A DNA stretch of 52,378 bases, the filler included, from Squatina squatina (Eukaryota), in the NCBI GenBank assembly GCA_031763465.1. It is 3 parts of 3 records of this genome, joined end to end, with 100 filler letters (N's around TTAATTAATTAA, not from the genome) between each part and the next. Parts side by side here need not be neighbours in the genome. Positions count along the whole stretch, not along the records: positions 21,398 to 34,608 come from JARFOE010000013.1; positions 34,709 to 52,378 come from JARFOE010367692.1; 1 more part is not named here. One strand, given 5' to 3'. A program made the translations under genes and the position numbers. The notes under the pieces were generated by a model. That model worked only from the letters and a program-made list of their open reading frames with translations. It was not told the DNA's origin and made no database searches. This document shows, one piece after another, positions 22,397 through 35,285 of the stretch (position 1 is its first letter; the number at the start of each line of letters is the position of its first letter).

Positions 22397-25300
22397 GGAC
22401 TTCAAGGTTTAGACTTATATTTTGCTATATCTGTAAAGTTGATGATTTACATCTGATGGAGAACTTTACAATGACAGTTTTACTGGGGAACTTCTCTTTA
22501 AATTTCCAGAGCAACATGTACCTTCCAGGTTCTGTGAAAAGTAATCCCCTGTTTGCTGCCCAGGTCTCTTGTGATGCATTTACCAATTTCTAAACTTCAA
22601 CTTCCATCTGATGATTCAGATTAATAATCTGGATTTGGAAACCACCTCTTGATTATTAAATTTTATACCAAATGTTTCAGGTAAAAAGGGATCAGGACCA
22701 TTATCATTTTTGTTCCTGGTGTTTAACATTCCCCACCCTTCCCCTCTCCTTCACTCCAAGCCAAGCTGTATCAGCCCTTGACTCTACCCTACATCCTTAT
22801 CACTAAGCAGCTGTTGCTGTTTTGTTGCCTGCACTAACTGAGTGGCCTGTCAGACACAGTGGTTTCAGCTCCCCAGCCTCTAATTGTCATCATCTTGATG
22901 AAAACAATCTGGTGCTGACAGGTCTTTCTGACCTCTGACCCAGGCTGGGAGATGAGGGCTGCAATGCATGTGCCATGTCATCAGTCAGGTGCATCTCATT
23001 GCCTCCTGAATGAAATACAGACATTCGAGAGACTTGACTACATATGGCAATGATATCCTTGTTTACTAAGTTAAGCAATTATTCAGTTGTTGGTCTTTGC
23101 TTAATATATGCTTTGCTCACTTTGCATCAACAGAGAGCACCGCACAACATACATCTCTATACCTTGTTTTTTCTTGGCATTTTATTTTGCTGCAGAGCTT
23201 TATGACACAGCTGGTGACACCTGGAGAAGCCCGCTTTATACCATATAAACCTCATGAAACAAAACAAAAAAAAATGTCTGAGCGCTTTCTTTAGTTCTGA
23301 CCTGCTGCGTTCATCAGCAGCTACAATCAGTGCATTTGCAGCAAGGTTGCCCCCTCATCTGCCGCACTGAAGGAATAACATTTCTTCCAAGTGTTATTTA
23401 CTCAGAAGCATCTGTTTTCTTTCACAATTGTCAAAAAATCTCTTTTGACTTGGCTGCTCGTCCTGGGCCAGAAAACTCCGACCTCTGGTTTCTTAGCAAC
23501 CAGGATGCTCAGCAGCCAGTGTGGCTGCAGAGGATGAGCTTGGAAAGGTCAATTGGTTGTGGCTGCCTCGTCCATTTGTGGTATGTTGTTGTTGTTGACG
23601 TACCCATTTCCAGTGTTACACTGATGCACCAGGATTAATTTTTATTTGTGTTTGCGGTTTACTTGACTAAAATAAAAAATACAAGCAAGACTTGAGGGGA
23701 AGTCTGAGTGAAAGGCAGCCATGGAAAAAAAGGAGCTGAAACTATTGAAATCATCTGACTGCTGACTATCCTGCTGTGCTGCCTCGGGCAGTTACATATT
23801 TCCATTGAGTTATTTTATGATCAGGCCAGTATGTTATTGAAATATTATCCCTTTAGACGAGCTCATTGTGGTAGAAGATGACAGACTCTCAGCGCCGTGA
23901 TTTAGTCCACAGACCAAATGCAAGATTGGCCCCAGCTTAGTGTTGAGTGAGTCTGGTCACTGTTACAATCCAGCACTCGAGGGTGAAAGCAACCTAGAGC
24001 GTCGGAGTTAAAAGGGAATCTTACTGTCGTACATGAAAGGGGTCGAAGCACCTGCTTCCATTACAGGCAAACACTCTCTTCACATCTACTAGACGAAGAT
24101 GACTAGTACTTTTTTCACTAACAGCTATTATTTTAAAGAAATTATCAAAATACTGATTGAAAGAATTTGCAGATACAAATCCATAATGGAAAAAGACAGC
24201 TTATTTTAACTCTCATGGGAGTTTAAGTGCACAGTTCACTACAAGTTTAATTCACCAAAAAAAACTTGCGAACATCAGTATATTTATATAACTCTCACTA
24301 CCCAATGCTAAAACTGATACATGGGGGCAAATTACCTCTAAACTACACTCTTTTAAATGGAGGAACCTAGAAAGCAATGTAATCAGGCTTCCGACAGCTA
24401 TTCCTTCACTGATAGTTCTCACGTTAAGTTTCCTTACCATCGCACCATCGGTGCATTGGAGTGGATTAAGAGTTTATAGAATCAATGTTCCTTTGAAGGA
24501 TGCTCGCGTGATCTAGCCTTTACACCACTGCAGTGCAAATATAGCCTTTTAGTAAGGGGTCTGTACAAGTGCAAAATATTTGTGGCTAGTAACACACAGA
24601 GACCAGACGCTTACAGGCTTCCTGTGTATTTTAACCGAATTAGAACAATTACTTTAGGCAATAAACTTTAGCGCCTCCGCGGNNNNNNNNNNNNNNNNNN
24701 NNNNNNNNNNNNNNNNNNNNNNNNNNNNNNNNNNNNNNNNNNNNNNNNNNNNNNNNNNNNNNNNNNNNNNNNNNNNNNNNNNCTATGCTCTCACTTCTGG
24801 GAGCTGGGTTTGTATCCAGCTCAGTCTAATGGGATGAATGTGTTCTCTATCTGTTGGCTTTAAGGCTCCTATATCACCTAACGGCAAGTAAATGTAGGTA
24901 TACGTGACAAAGCTGTCTAATGGTAATGCACTGAAAATCTCAGACAGGCCACAGGATTGGTGCAGTAAGTGCTCAGGCAGAGTAGAGGGAGTTTCATTCT
25001 GCATTAAGCGTGTGTGTTATCTGATCTGTGAGTGCTTGCAGTTGGCCCTGGGAGTCCAAAATGGGCAAATATTACATTTCCCAAGTAACATTCCTCACGT
25101 TGATGGAAGTTGACAGTATATTAATGCAGCAGGTTAGCAAGGTATATATTATTTGATTTTAAAATATAACCTGTTAATATAACACAAATTGCATAACACT
25201 TTGGACCTGTGTTGCAAATTCAAGAATCCCTCAAGTCCAAGGGCATGAATTCAATATGTCTTCAGGACATACATTACACAGCATTTGAAAATGGCAGTGG

Positions 25301-26043
25301 ATATACAAGTGCTCATCATTTAAACTTTATCCTGAGAAATATACCCAGAATGCTTTGTGCGAACTTTGTATGACAGAAATTGTGGATGTATTTTTACAGT
25401 TTTTAAACTGAATTTACCATTCAAGGGGCTAAATGTTTATGTGTATTATTTTCTTGGATCAGGTTTCTGTTCACTTCCGGTTCTGCTGAGTGTGTAAAAT
25501 ATTAGAAAATGTAAAAACCCCCCAGCACTGCCCTGGCCTATCATTGAAACTGGTCAGATTTGTTAACCAGGCTGTCCAAGGAACTACAAGGGTTAAAAAC
25601 TGCCAAAAAGTCACATATTCCTGGCCAGGCAGATCAAAAGCATCTTCTGAGCTTAGTAAGCAGCTCTGAGGTGCCTTTGCTATTCAGCAAAGACAGCTGT
25701 AACCTTTCAGATCCCATACAGGTCAATGGGACTATAGAAAGGCTCACAATCTACTGATGAACACATTACACCACTCAAGCTCACACAGGCCTCTGAACTT
25801 CAAGATTAGTCAAATAAGCAGTGAAGTGGATTTGCAAACATGATCACTGGCTGCCGGTCTGGATTGATGGGTGCCTTTCTTTTTGAAGTGGAAGTTCCAG
25901 GTGTGGAGTGCAGAAGGTTAAAACGTGTCTGCAAAAGTAATAACGCAGGTTGTCCAGGTACCACAGAGTAAGGTCACCAACACAAGTGAGCAAGCAGCAG
26001 AACAGGGGCAGGTCAGCAAATAGGCTGCTGGCTTGAGTTTCAA

Positions 26044-26290
26044 AGAATCATAGAATCTTACAGCACAGAAGGTGGCCAATAGGCCCATCATGCCTGTGCT
26101 GGCTCTGTGAAAGAGCTATCCGATTAGCCCCAATCTTTCACCATAGCCTTGAAATTTTCTTCTCTTCAAATATTTATGCAATTCCCTTTTGAAAGTTACT
26201 ACTGAATTTGCGTCCAACACCCTCTCAGGCAGTGGATTCCAGGTCGTAACAAAATCACTGTGTAAAAAATTCTTCCCATCTCCCCTCTTT
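26044..26290 (-). mobile_element. CR1 LINE 3' end
   Basis: agaatcatagaatc tail followed by cagcacagaaggtggcc...caggcagtggattccaggtcgtaac...tgtaaaaaattcttc, typical of reverse-strand CR1 termini. Confidence 0.75.
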
Positions 26291-29200
26291 TGCCAATTAA
26301 CTTTGTTAAATTTGTTTGCTTTTGTTGCTNNNNNNNNNNNNNNNNNNNNNNNNNNNNNNNNNNNNNNNNNNNNNNNNNNNNNNNNNNNNNNNNNNNNNNN
26401 NNNNNNNNNNNNNNNNNNNNNNNNNNNNNTGGACGTTCCACCCCCGGGAGTTTGTTGGTTGCCTGCGCCCTCACCCCAACTCCGTTAAAACAGAAAATGG
26501 ATGTGCTGGATCAGGCCAGGAGTCCCATTTTTAACAATTAAACGACCCCCGCACTCCAAACCTATGATTCAGCAAATTGCCACCTTGCTGTGTCACGCAC
26601 ATTGCTTAATTCAAGCTACTGAACAATTCACGATTTTTTCTGCAAAAAAAACCAAGTCTATGAATTATGTGAAGACGACTTCAGCTTTTAAAACTGCAGT
26701 ACTTCGACAGTGCGGCAACATTTAAAATTAAGCCCTTAAGGCATCTCAGTTTACTGACCAATCATTCCAGGCTTGAGGTGAGTTCATTTTCTTGAACTCA
26801 GCAATAAATGTTGCCCCAACCCCACTTTGTTTTTCCATTGGCAAGGACCCCCGCATAGGCACAACTATCAAAGCGTGGAAACAAGATGGGACGGCACTCC
26901 TTGCCATCCGCTACTGTGTCGATGGAAAATACAGTCTCAGCAGCTCACAGTTCACACAGGGTTTTATTTCCTTGATATTACAATTTTTTAAACTCTCCTC
27001 TCCACAGGGCACTGTTTTGTTTTAAAAAATCAGACTCACTTCAAGTCCGTTTTTGCTTTGTGAGCTGTTATTATCCTCATTAAAATAAATATGGGAAAAA
27101 CGAATACGCCCCACTGCAATCTGCTGCCAGTCTCTGAGCCAAACATATTTTTTTGGTTTTCCTTTTGGCACCTACCCCTCACTAATAGCCCTCTGTATCC
27201 CTGATCAGGGAACTCCTTAAAACATCACCTACTGTCATTAGCAACATGTACTCTGTGTTTGCTACAGCAGCAGAAATGAATTTTTTTTACAAAAATAGGA
27301 TGGTGAGCCACACAATTCCGATTACTCATCAGTCATGAAGGCTACAATCTACCGAGAATGCAATGCAATGTCAATATTTGCCTGTAAATTGTCTTACAAT
27401 CCTACCCGATATAAAATACGGTGACAAAAAAAAAATCATTTCGGAAGCCTTATAGAGATTTTTAAAGCCCGCTTTCAGTTAGAAAAGGATGATCAGGTTC
27501 ATTATGAGTTTCAGTGCACTGAATACTATGAAGCATCACAAAATATGAAAGCAATTGGCATCTCGGTACCAATGTACAAGGTTAGGAGATTTTGTTGCAA
27601 TATTCAAACTCTATGGAGATTAATGGAAGGGTGCATGATATAAAAGTTTCCCTTTTATTCAACCCTATCAATTACTGGCTTTGTCAGTTGTGATACTCAC
27701 ATAATCATCTGTTCCTTTATTAAATTGAAGTCAATAATGTATCGTTGGGTTGTTTGAATTCTCCATCAAAAACGCAGTCCCAAGAGGAAAGTTTTCCCTG
27801 CATACCAAGCATACACTGACTGAGTTTTGGCTGGGACACTGCTTACATCTGGCCCTCCTCTACATGCAGATATAACCTTACAACGTCTTAACAAACATGC
27901 ACATTCATGGGCCCCAATGTTTACACTAATCCTATTGAGGTATCAAATGAAACCATTACAAGGAAGAAATACTAATTGAATCACTGCAGCCTCTAAGAAG
28001 CTGAACTTAAAGAAATCTGGATAATGAGCAACTTAGGATGGAAGCTTTATCCTAGGTAGATCTGGGTTAAGATTTTTTTTCCAAAATAGCATTGCTTGTG
28101 GATCAAAAAAGGCCTTTGATAGAAACAGATTTTTTTTTCCACAGGAACAGAAACTTTTCCATACTCGACATCAAACTTGTAAAGTATGGTGCTTAACAGA
28201 AAAATCAGGCTGAATTCTTTTAACTTGCAGACTGTAAATTCAATGCAGTTGTTCTCTTTAACCTGTGTGGAATACAATCTCAGACGTTCTCGAGTGCTGG
28301 GCTTTCCCTGGTCACTCTCTTCAGCGCGCAGAGCCTGCATCTTACTGGATCCGTGCACCCAACTGCCCTAAAGATATTTCAGATTATGTGGAAATAATAA
28401 TGGAACAAAAAACTGCTGCATTTTTTTACTGAAGCAGGAATCTTGGATCTGCTGCAGAGTGAACTTGCCCCAGTGACTAAAATGGCAGAATCTGAACAGA
28501 GGTTTTATACAAAGGTTGTTCAAGGAGCCTGGCCGTCCTGGCAAATGCCTCTAAACGGTGACAATGCTGCTATAATGTTCTCTAAATCTGCATGTAGCTC
28601 TTGTAAGGAAGAACAAAGAAAGACTGTACATTTATATAGCACCTACCACGACCTCAGGACATCCCAAAGAGCTTTACANNNNNNNNNNNNNNNNNNNNNN
28701 NNNNNNNNNNNNNNNNNNNNNNNNNNNNNNNNNNNNNNNNNNNNNNNNNNNNNNNNNNNNNNNNNNNNNNNNNNNNNNNNNNNNNNNNNNNNNNNNNNNN
28801 NNNNNNNNNNNNNNNNNNNNNNNNNNNNNNNNNNNNNNNNNNNNNNNNNNNNNNNNNNNNNNNNNNNNNNNNNNNNNNNNNNNNNNNNNNNNNNNNNNNN
28901 NNNNNNNNNNNNNNNNNNNNNNNNNNNNNNNNNNNNNNNNNNNNNNNNNNNNNNNNNNNNNNNNNNNNNNNNNNNNNNNNNNNNNNNNNNNNNNNNNNNN
29001 NNNNNNNNNNNNNNNNNNNNNNNNNNNNNNNNNNNNNNNNNNNNNNNNNNNNNNNNNNNNNNNNNNNNNNNNNNNNNNNNNNNNNNNNNNNNNNNNNNNN
29101 NNNNNNNNNNNNNNNNNNNNNNNNNNNNNNNNNNNNNNNNNNNNNNNNNNNNNNNNNNNNNNNNNNNNNNNNNNNNNNNNNNNNNNNNNNNNNNNNNNNN

Positions 29201-30965
29201 NNNNNNNNNNNNNNNNNNNNNNNNNNNNNNNNNNNNNNNNNNNNNNNNNNNNNNNNNNNNNNNNNNNNNNNNNNNNNNNNNNNNNNNNNNNNNNNNNNNN
29301 NNNNNNNNNNNNNNNNNNNNNNNNNNNNNNNNNNNNNNNNNNNNNNNNNNNNNNNNNNNNNNNNNNNNNNNNNNNNNNNNNNNNNNNNNNNNNNNNNNNN
29401 NNNNNNNNNNNNNNNNNNNNNNNNNNNNNNNNNNNNNNNNNNNNNNNNNNNNNNNNNNNNNNNNNNNNNNNNNNNNNNNNNNNNNNNNNNNNNNNNNNNN
29501 NNNNNNNNNNNNNNNNNNNNNNNNNNNNNNNNNNNNNNNNNNNNNNNNNNNNNNNNATAATGCTCCTGAAGATGTTCACCAGAGGATGTTGGTTGGTGCA
29601 TCAGTGTCAGTAAATACATCAGGTACTCAAAGCTACTTCAGACAAGGCAGTCATGTAATGGTTGTGAGTGTAATCTAGAATAAAAGTATTTTCTTGTCCT
29701 GCATTGTCTGCTCCATATATCAAGTCACTCTCCAATAAATAGATTGGAAATTACTTCCATCTCCCCCCTCCCCCATAGTGAGGATGTTTATTTGGCCCAA
29801 ATTACAAATGATGTAAATCAAAACTGACAGTGCATAAGAACAGCGAAATTTCAGCAAATAAGGAGACCATTCGGGGCATGATACCTGTGCTGCTGCTAGC
29901 TCCGTATCAGAGCTGTCAACTCTAATGCTATTTTCCTTGCATATTACTGTAGAATGCCAATTAGCAGCTAAGTTTTTCTTTTACATTAACCAAATATTAA
30001 TGCAACTGTTTAAAATGGCAGACATAACTTTGCATCAGCCAGAATGATTCAGAAGTGAAGGAGCAATAGCATTTGGGACACTTATACCTCTTCCACATAG
30101 CCAGGCCACTGCATTTTATGTGAGCTGCACTTTGAGTGTCCTGCTTCAAGCTGGAATTAACATAATGGACCAACAAGGGAGAATTAGATGAGGGAAAGTG
30201 AAGCAACAATCTCCATCAGGTCCACCTGGTCTTATCTCCTTTCCCACTGACTACCTGAAGGGTAATAGACAGGTTATGGAGTGAGCAGTGCACACAGAAT
30301 AGTGGCTGCCTTGTCAAATTGTTGGCTGGCTGCTGTCAGCCTCATTGAGCAGGCCATTGTTACATTAAACATCATTACTGGTTTCAAGGAAGCATGACCA
30401 TTTTTTTCCTCTTCTGGAACACAGGGCTTACTGCTGTAGGCAGGGTTGGCTAATGATTATTCCCGCTTTAGCTGCTACCAGTAGCTTATATCTTATGATT
30501 TATGGAAAGGGAAACATTAGACTTCAGTGTAATGGCTGTAAAGTTGAGCAAAGACTAATGCGCCTCTGTAACCAGGCAAAACAAATGAGTGGGCAGGTGC
30601 TTGATATGTTTAAGTGTGTGTCAAAGATGGCAAATGACTTCATTTTGATAATGATGATAAACTTTATTTTTTAACAATGTCACTTGACATAATGATCTTT
30701 TTGCAGCATAAGTGACTGAGGCAGGCTCCGGAATAAATTATATCAGTGTGTCTTAAATGTGAATCTCTCTAGCTAAGAAATATCATCTGAATTGTAAATG
30801 TGTCTCTGTTGCCATTTGTTCCACATTAAATTTCCTGAAGGTGACTGGAATGATAAGCGATTGGCTTTCCGGCACAGTCTGTGATGGGATGCAATCTGCT
30901 TTACCGGTTGATCTTAACGCTGGCAGTAAAAATGCCCCTGTACCTGTTGGGAACAAGACTGGGAA

Positions 30966-31034
30966 ACCCACGTGGGTGAACGTGCAGGGCACGTGTCGCT
31001 GCGCATGACGTCAAATAATGGACTTTGCCATTTT
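30966..31034. promoter_or_regulatory. Candidate transcription-factor motif cluster (2 E-boxes, CRE, NRF1-like, YY1-like)
   Basis: CACGTG at 30969 and 30990, TGCGCATG at 31000, TGACGTCA at 31006 and GCCATTTT at 31027, within a small CpG-rich patch. Function is not shown. Confidence 0.35.
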
Positions 31035-31739
31035 GAAAAGGTACATTTCATTCTAGCTGGACGGGAAAATAAAAGTCAAAAGTGTTACACTTGTCAGCAA
31101 TCAGATGGTGTCTGTTTNNNNNNNNNNGACAATCCAAGAGAATTCTAGTAATAGAGGACATTGGATTTCGAGCAGCTTTGACCAATGCTTTTTAATTATG
31201 TATTTTATATACTTGCCATTAGCCCCACTAATGTTCAGTGGAGCTCAGACATGTTTCATCTTTCAGTTGTATCGTTGTGGCTGTGAATTATCTGGCTACA
31301 TTTATAAAGAAAAGAACTTGCATGTATATAGCGCCTGTCGTGGCCTCGGCGTCCCAAAGCGCTTTANNNNNNNNNNNNNNNNNNNNNNNNNNNNNNNNNN
31401 NNNNNNNNNNNNNNNNNNNNNNNNNNNNNNNNNNNNNNNNNNNNNNNNNNNNNNNNNNNNNNNNNNGTTTTCCTTTTTACAGTAATATCCGAATGCTACA
31501 TTTGCACAAATGGCCTCCTGGCTGTTTTCTAAGATTCAGATGTGGCATTTCATTATCATGATCATTTTACTGTACAGCTACAAATGTACTTTTAATTTAG
31601 CTTATAGCAGATATATTTCACACTTGAGGTAGAAAAAAATCATACAGGCACACAGCAGACGCATACTTAATAGAAAGAAACATTATAAGTTTACTAAAGA
31701 TTTATGTGTGAGTTTTTTTTTTTCTTTTTTTTCCATCAG

Positions 31740-31756
31740 GGCTGTTAAACCAACCA
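31740..31756 (+). other. Candidate 17-nt microexon, gene unassigned
   Basis: Branch-like tactaa, an approximately 22-nt pyrimidine tract, then catcag|GGCTGTTAAACCAACCA|gtaagt. Confidence 0.45.
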
Positions 31757-32147
31757 GTAAGTTGTATTTTTCCTCAGTACATTTATCTGAAGAATAGTTA
31801 TATCAAAATGGATCTATAATTACTGATCAGTGGTCCTACACCAACCAGTCATTCTTTTATACATACAGAACGTACTATAAATGGATTCATGTCTGCACTG
31901 AACACTTAAAATATCCTTTTGCAATGACCCATCGATCTTACAAAAAAAAAATCTTGTTTTCCATATTTGTTTTTCCAGATTGCTCTTGTCTCTCTTTTCT
32001 CCTCTCCCCTCCTGCCATGCTGCTCCANNNNNNNNNNNNNNNNNNNNNNNNNNNNNNNNNNNNNNNNNNNNNNNNNNNNNNNNNNNNNNNNNNNNNNNNN
32101 NNNNNNNNNNNNNNNNNNNNNNNNNNNTTGCTGCACACCAATTGGCT

Positions 32148-32268
32148 GCTGCGATTCTCACGTTTACAACAGTGACCACACTTCAAAAGTGCTTTGCTGG
32201 CTGCAAAGCGCTTTTAGACATCCTGAAGTTGTGAAAGGCGCTATATAAATGCAAGTTCTTTCTTTTTT
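32148..32268 (+). mobile_element. SINE 3' tail (L2-derived)
   Basis: acaacagtgaccacacttcaaaag...aagcgcttttagacatcctgaagttgtgaaaggcgctatataaatgcaagttctttc. Reversed copies of this tail occur at about 28612-28677 and 31308-31366. Confidence 0.75.
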
Positions 32269-33291
32269 TTACTGGAGCCTCTTGTATGCAATGTGTTTAC
32301 CTACAACACATCTCTGTATGTAGGAACAGATCCTACATTGAACTGTTAAAACTGAAATGTGTAACCCAAATACTTCATGGGGTTATTGGGAAACAATAGA
32401 CTACCCTGGAAACTATTGTATTCCTTCCTGTAACTGCTTATAGACAGTTAAATAATCACATTTGTATTTATTTTATACTTAGTTCCATCTTGTAGAGACA
32501 CAAGTGTCCCAGTTTAAGTTGACCATGCTACTGAGACCTAGAGTCAGTTTTTTTAATGCTGTTCAATTCAATGCTTTTAAAAAACCAATATTGCCTAATG
32601 GAGCAGTTTTATGCTGTGAATATATGTTTGTCCAGAAGGATTTAACAACTCATGACCCTTGTTATGACCCTGCAGCACCATTAACTGTGAGCTAAAATTG
32701 GGATGTTATCCCTGGGCTGTGTTTGTTCTCCAGGGTGAAAGTAGCTGCACACTGCCAATAATAACTGTACTTTCTAATCAGTCTTTCCATCAGTTCTTCA
32801 TGGTTTTGGTGGAGAATGTGTACCACAGTTCGAAGGTCAGACAAAGTCAACTGTTTACTGATACTTGGCTCAGCTGTGTGAGTATCATTGGTATTTACAC
32901 ATATTTTAGCTGTCTAGTTCCAGTTAAACTACTTGTGCTCAATGAACATTCACACTGTTTTCCCGATGTAAGTTTCAGTGCCAACCTCAGTGTTGTGATG
33001 TGTTGTCTTATAAACGCCTAATGGTAAGTTGAGGGAACACCATTTGAAAAAGCTGTGAAAGTAAGTGATGCTGGACTGGAGAGTTCTCAAATCCCAAAAG
33101 TGCTGAGTGTCGCAAACTCAATAGTGGTCATGTCAGCATGACTTCAAAACCAATGAACACCTCTCTGCCTATAAATAATTTGTTAGCTAGTNNNNNNNNN
33201 NNNNNNNNNNNNNNNNNNNNNNNNNNNNNNNNNNNNNNNNNNNNNNNNNNNNNNNNNNNNNNNNNNNNNNNNNNNNNNNNNNNNNNNNNNN

Positions 33292-33660
33292 TCATGTGTT
33301 TATCCAGCTTCCCTTAAATGTATCTATGCTATTTGCCTCAACTACTCCCTGTGTTAGCGAGTTTCACATTCTCACCACTCTCTGGGTAAAGAAGTTTCTC
33401 CTGAATTCCCTATTAGATTTATTAGTGATTATCTTATATTTATGGTCTCCCCCACAATTGAAAACATCTTCACTACATCTATTCTATGGTCCTCTCTGGT
33501 CATTTATTGCACTCTATTTGTACCCTTGTGGTACTTATTTTTAACTTGTGTCTCTTGATGTTTGAACCCATGACTGTAGTAAATAATTGCCTGGATCAAC
33601 TTTGCCAATCGCTTCATAATCTAGAAAACCTCTGTTAGATCACCTTGAAGTCTCTTCTGA
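33292..33660 (-). mobile_element. CR1 LINE 3'-region fragment
   Basis: gagtttcacattctcaccactctctgggtaaagaagtttctcc is the reverse complement of the CR1 RNFFTQRVVRMWN segment. Confidence 0.75.
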
Positions 33661-34608
33661 TTTTAAACGCACTGGTCTATATATTCCAGTTACTTCTTCA
33701 TTGAATAATAACCCTACCATTTTCACAGTGAGCCATGAGGCAGGAATGTCTACACACCGTACCAGAGGTTGAAAAGCATATGACTATTGATCACTAGAAA
33801 TTAAGATAAGTTTCTTCTTTTTTAGACTATAGAAAAAAATGGCAATATTTGAAAACCCAGCCAAATCATAGCAGCCACATGAGTTGGTAGTGCATGTCTG
33901 CACAGGAATAAAATTATACACATGATAGTTTATCTCATTCACTTTTGCTATATCATTGGCCCTTCAATCTTTTCTTTCCATTCAATTGTCCAGATGACCT
34001 TTATGTGAACCCATGAATAATAAGTTAAAAGTGACAATAACCGCTGTTCATAACCAATTGATTGTTTAGGACAGTCAGAATGGGAATTTGAGACTAATAA
34101 CAGCAGAGGAATCATACATTTCCATCCAATCTGTCGTGATGGGGCCAGGATGGCAGACAGCAGTGAGTCAGGCAAAACAGATTGTGTTTGTAAACTTTTA
34201 GTCATTTTTTTTTCAAAATAGATTAGCCTTTCATTTCCCCGCACAAAAAGATGATATCTGAGACTATCTTCCTCACCCTGCAGAAAGCTAGAATTAAAAA
34301 AATACCTGACTTTGTAGCGATGTCGAATATATACTTTGGAAGTGAAGGCAACATAGTCTGACTTTGAGTCTCTAGACAAAATGGAAATTAGCATCAGTAA
34401 GCTCCGATACTGACTGTGTCCTGATCCAAACTAGACAGTATCTCCGTGCCGCTTCACATAGGCTGTTTGTCAAAATACCACACGCTGTTTATTAACTTAA
34501 TGAAGAAGGATGACCAGTCCTGCCATACAGGCTGATGCTTTCCTTTGACAGCATATCAGAAATACTTCATAACGTGTTACAGACTTTCCAGAGGTACATG
34601 AAAGCGCG

Positions 34609-34708
34609 NNNNNNNNNNNNNNNNNNNNNNNNNNNNNNNNNNNNNNNNNNNNTTAATTAATTAANNNNNNNNNNNNNNNNNNNNNNNNNNNNNNNNNNNN
34701 NNNNNNNN
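34609..34708. other. Assembly spacer: 44 N + TTAATTAATTAA + 44 N
   Basis: Same construct as 21298-21397. It marks the start of the long ungapped contig. Confidence 0.95.
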
Positions 34709-35285
34709 TTCATCCATGTGATCTTTAAATTTTTGCCATTGCATATCCACCGTCAACCCTTTAAGAATCACTCGCCAGTCTACCCCAGCCAATTCCCTTC
34801 TCATACCCTCAAAGTTACCTTTCTTTAATTTTGAACCCTTGTTTCTGAATTCGCTATGTCACTCTCCATCTTAATGAAGAATTCTGCCATATTATGGTCA
34901 CGCCTACCCAGGGGACCTCGCACAACAAGATTGCTAACTAATCCTTGATCATTACACAATACCCAGTCTAGGATGGCCTGCCCTCTCGTTGGTTCCTCGA
35001 CATATTGGTTCAGAAAACCATCCCGTATATTCTCCAGAAAATCCTCCTCCAAAGTACTGTTACCAATTTGCTTAGCCCAATCTATATGTAGATTAAAGTC
35101 AACCATGATAACTGTTGTACCCTTATTGCACACATCCCTAATTTCCTCTTTGATTCCATCCCCAACCTAACTACTACTGTTTGGTGGCCTGTACACAACT
35201 CCCACTTGCGTTTTCTGTACCTTAGTGTTTCGCAGCTCCACCCATTCAGATTCCACACCATCCAAGCTAATGTCCTTCCTTACTA
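34709..35285 (-). mobile_element. CR1 LINE endonuclease-domain fragment
   Basis: ORF 34825..35133 reads VIMVDFNLHIDW...FLNQYVEEPTRGQAILDWVLCN...GPLGRRDHNM, the APE-like endonuclease C-terminal motifs. Confidence 0.88.

Noticed and set aside
23090-24130. Possible alternative first exon or conserved non-coding region with short ORFs
   Set aside because: No recognisable protein similarity and no convincing splice-site pair.
28443-29678. Long ORFs of 301-411 aa, and the other X-containing ORFs
   Set aside because: They are open only because they read through N gaps.
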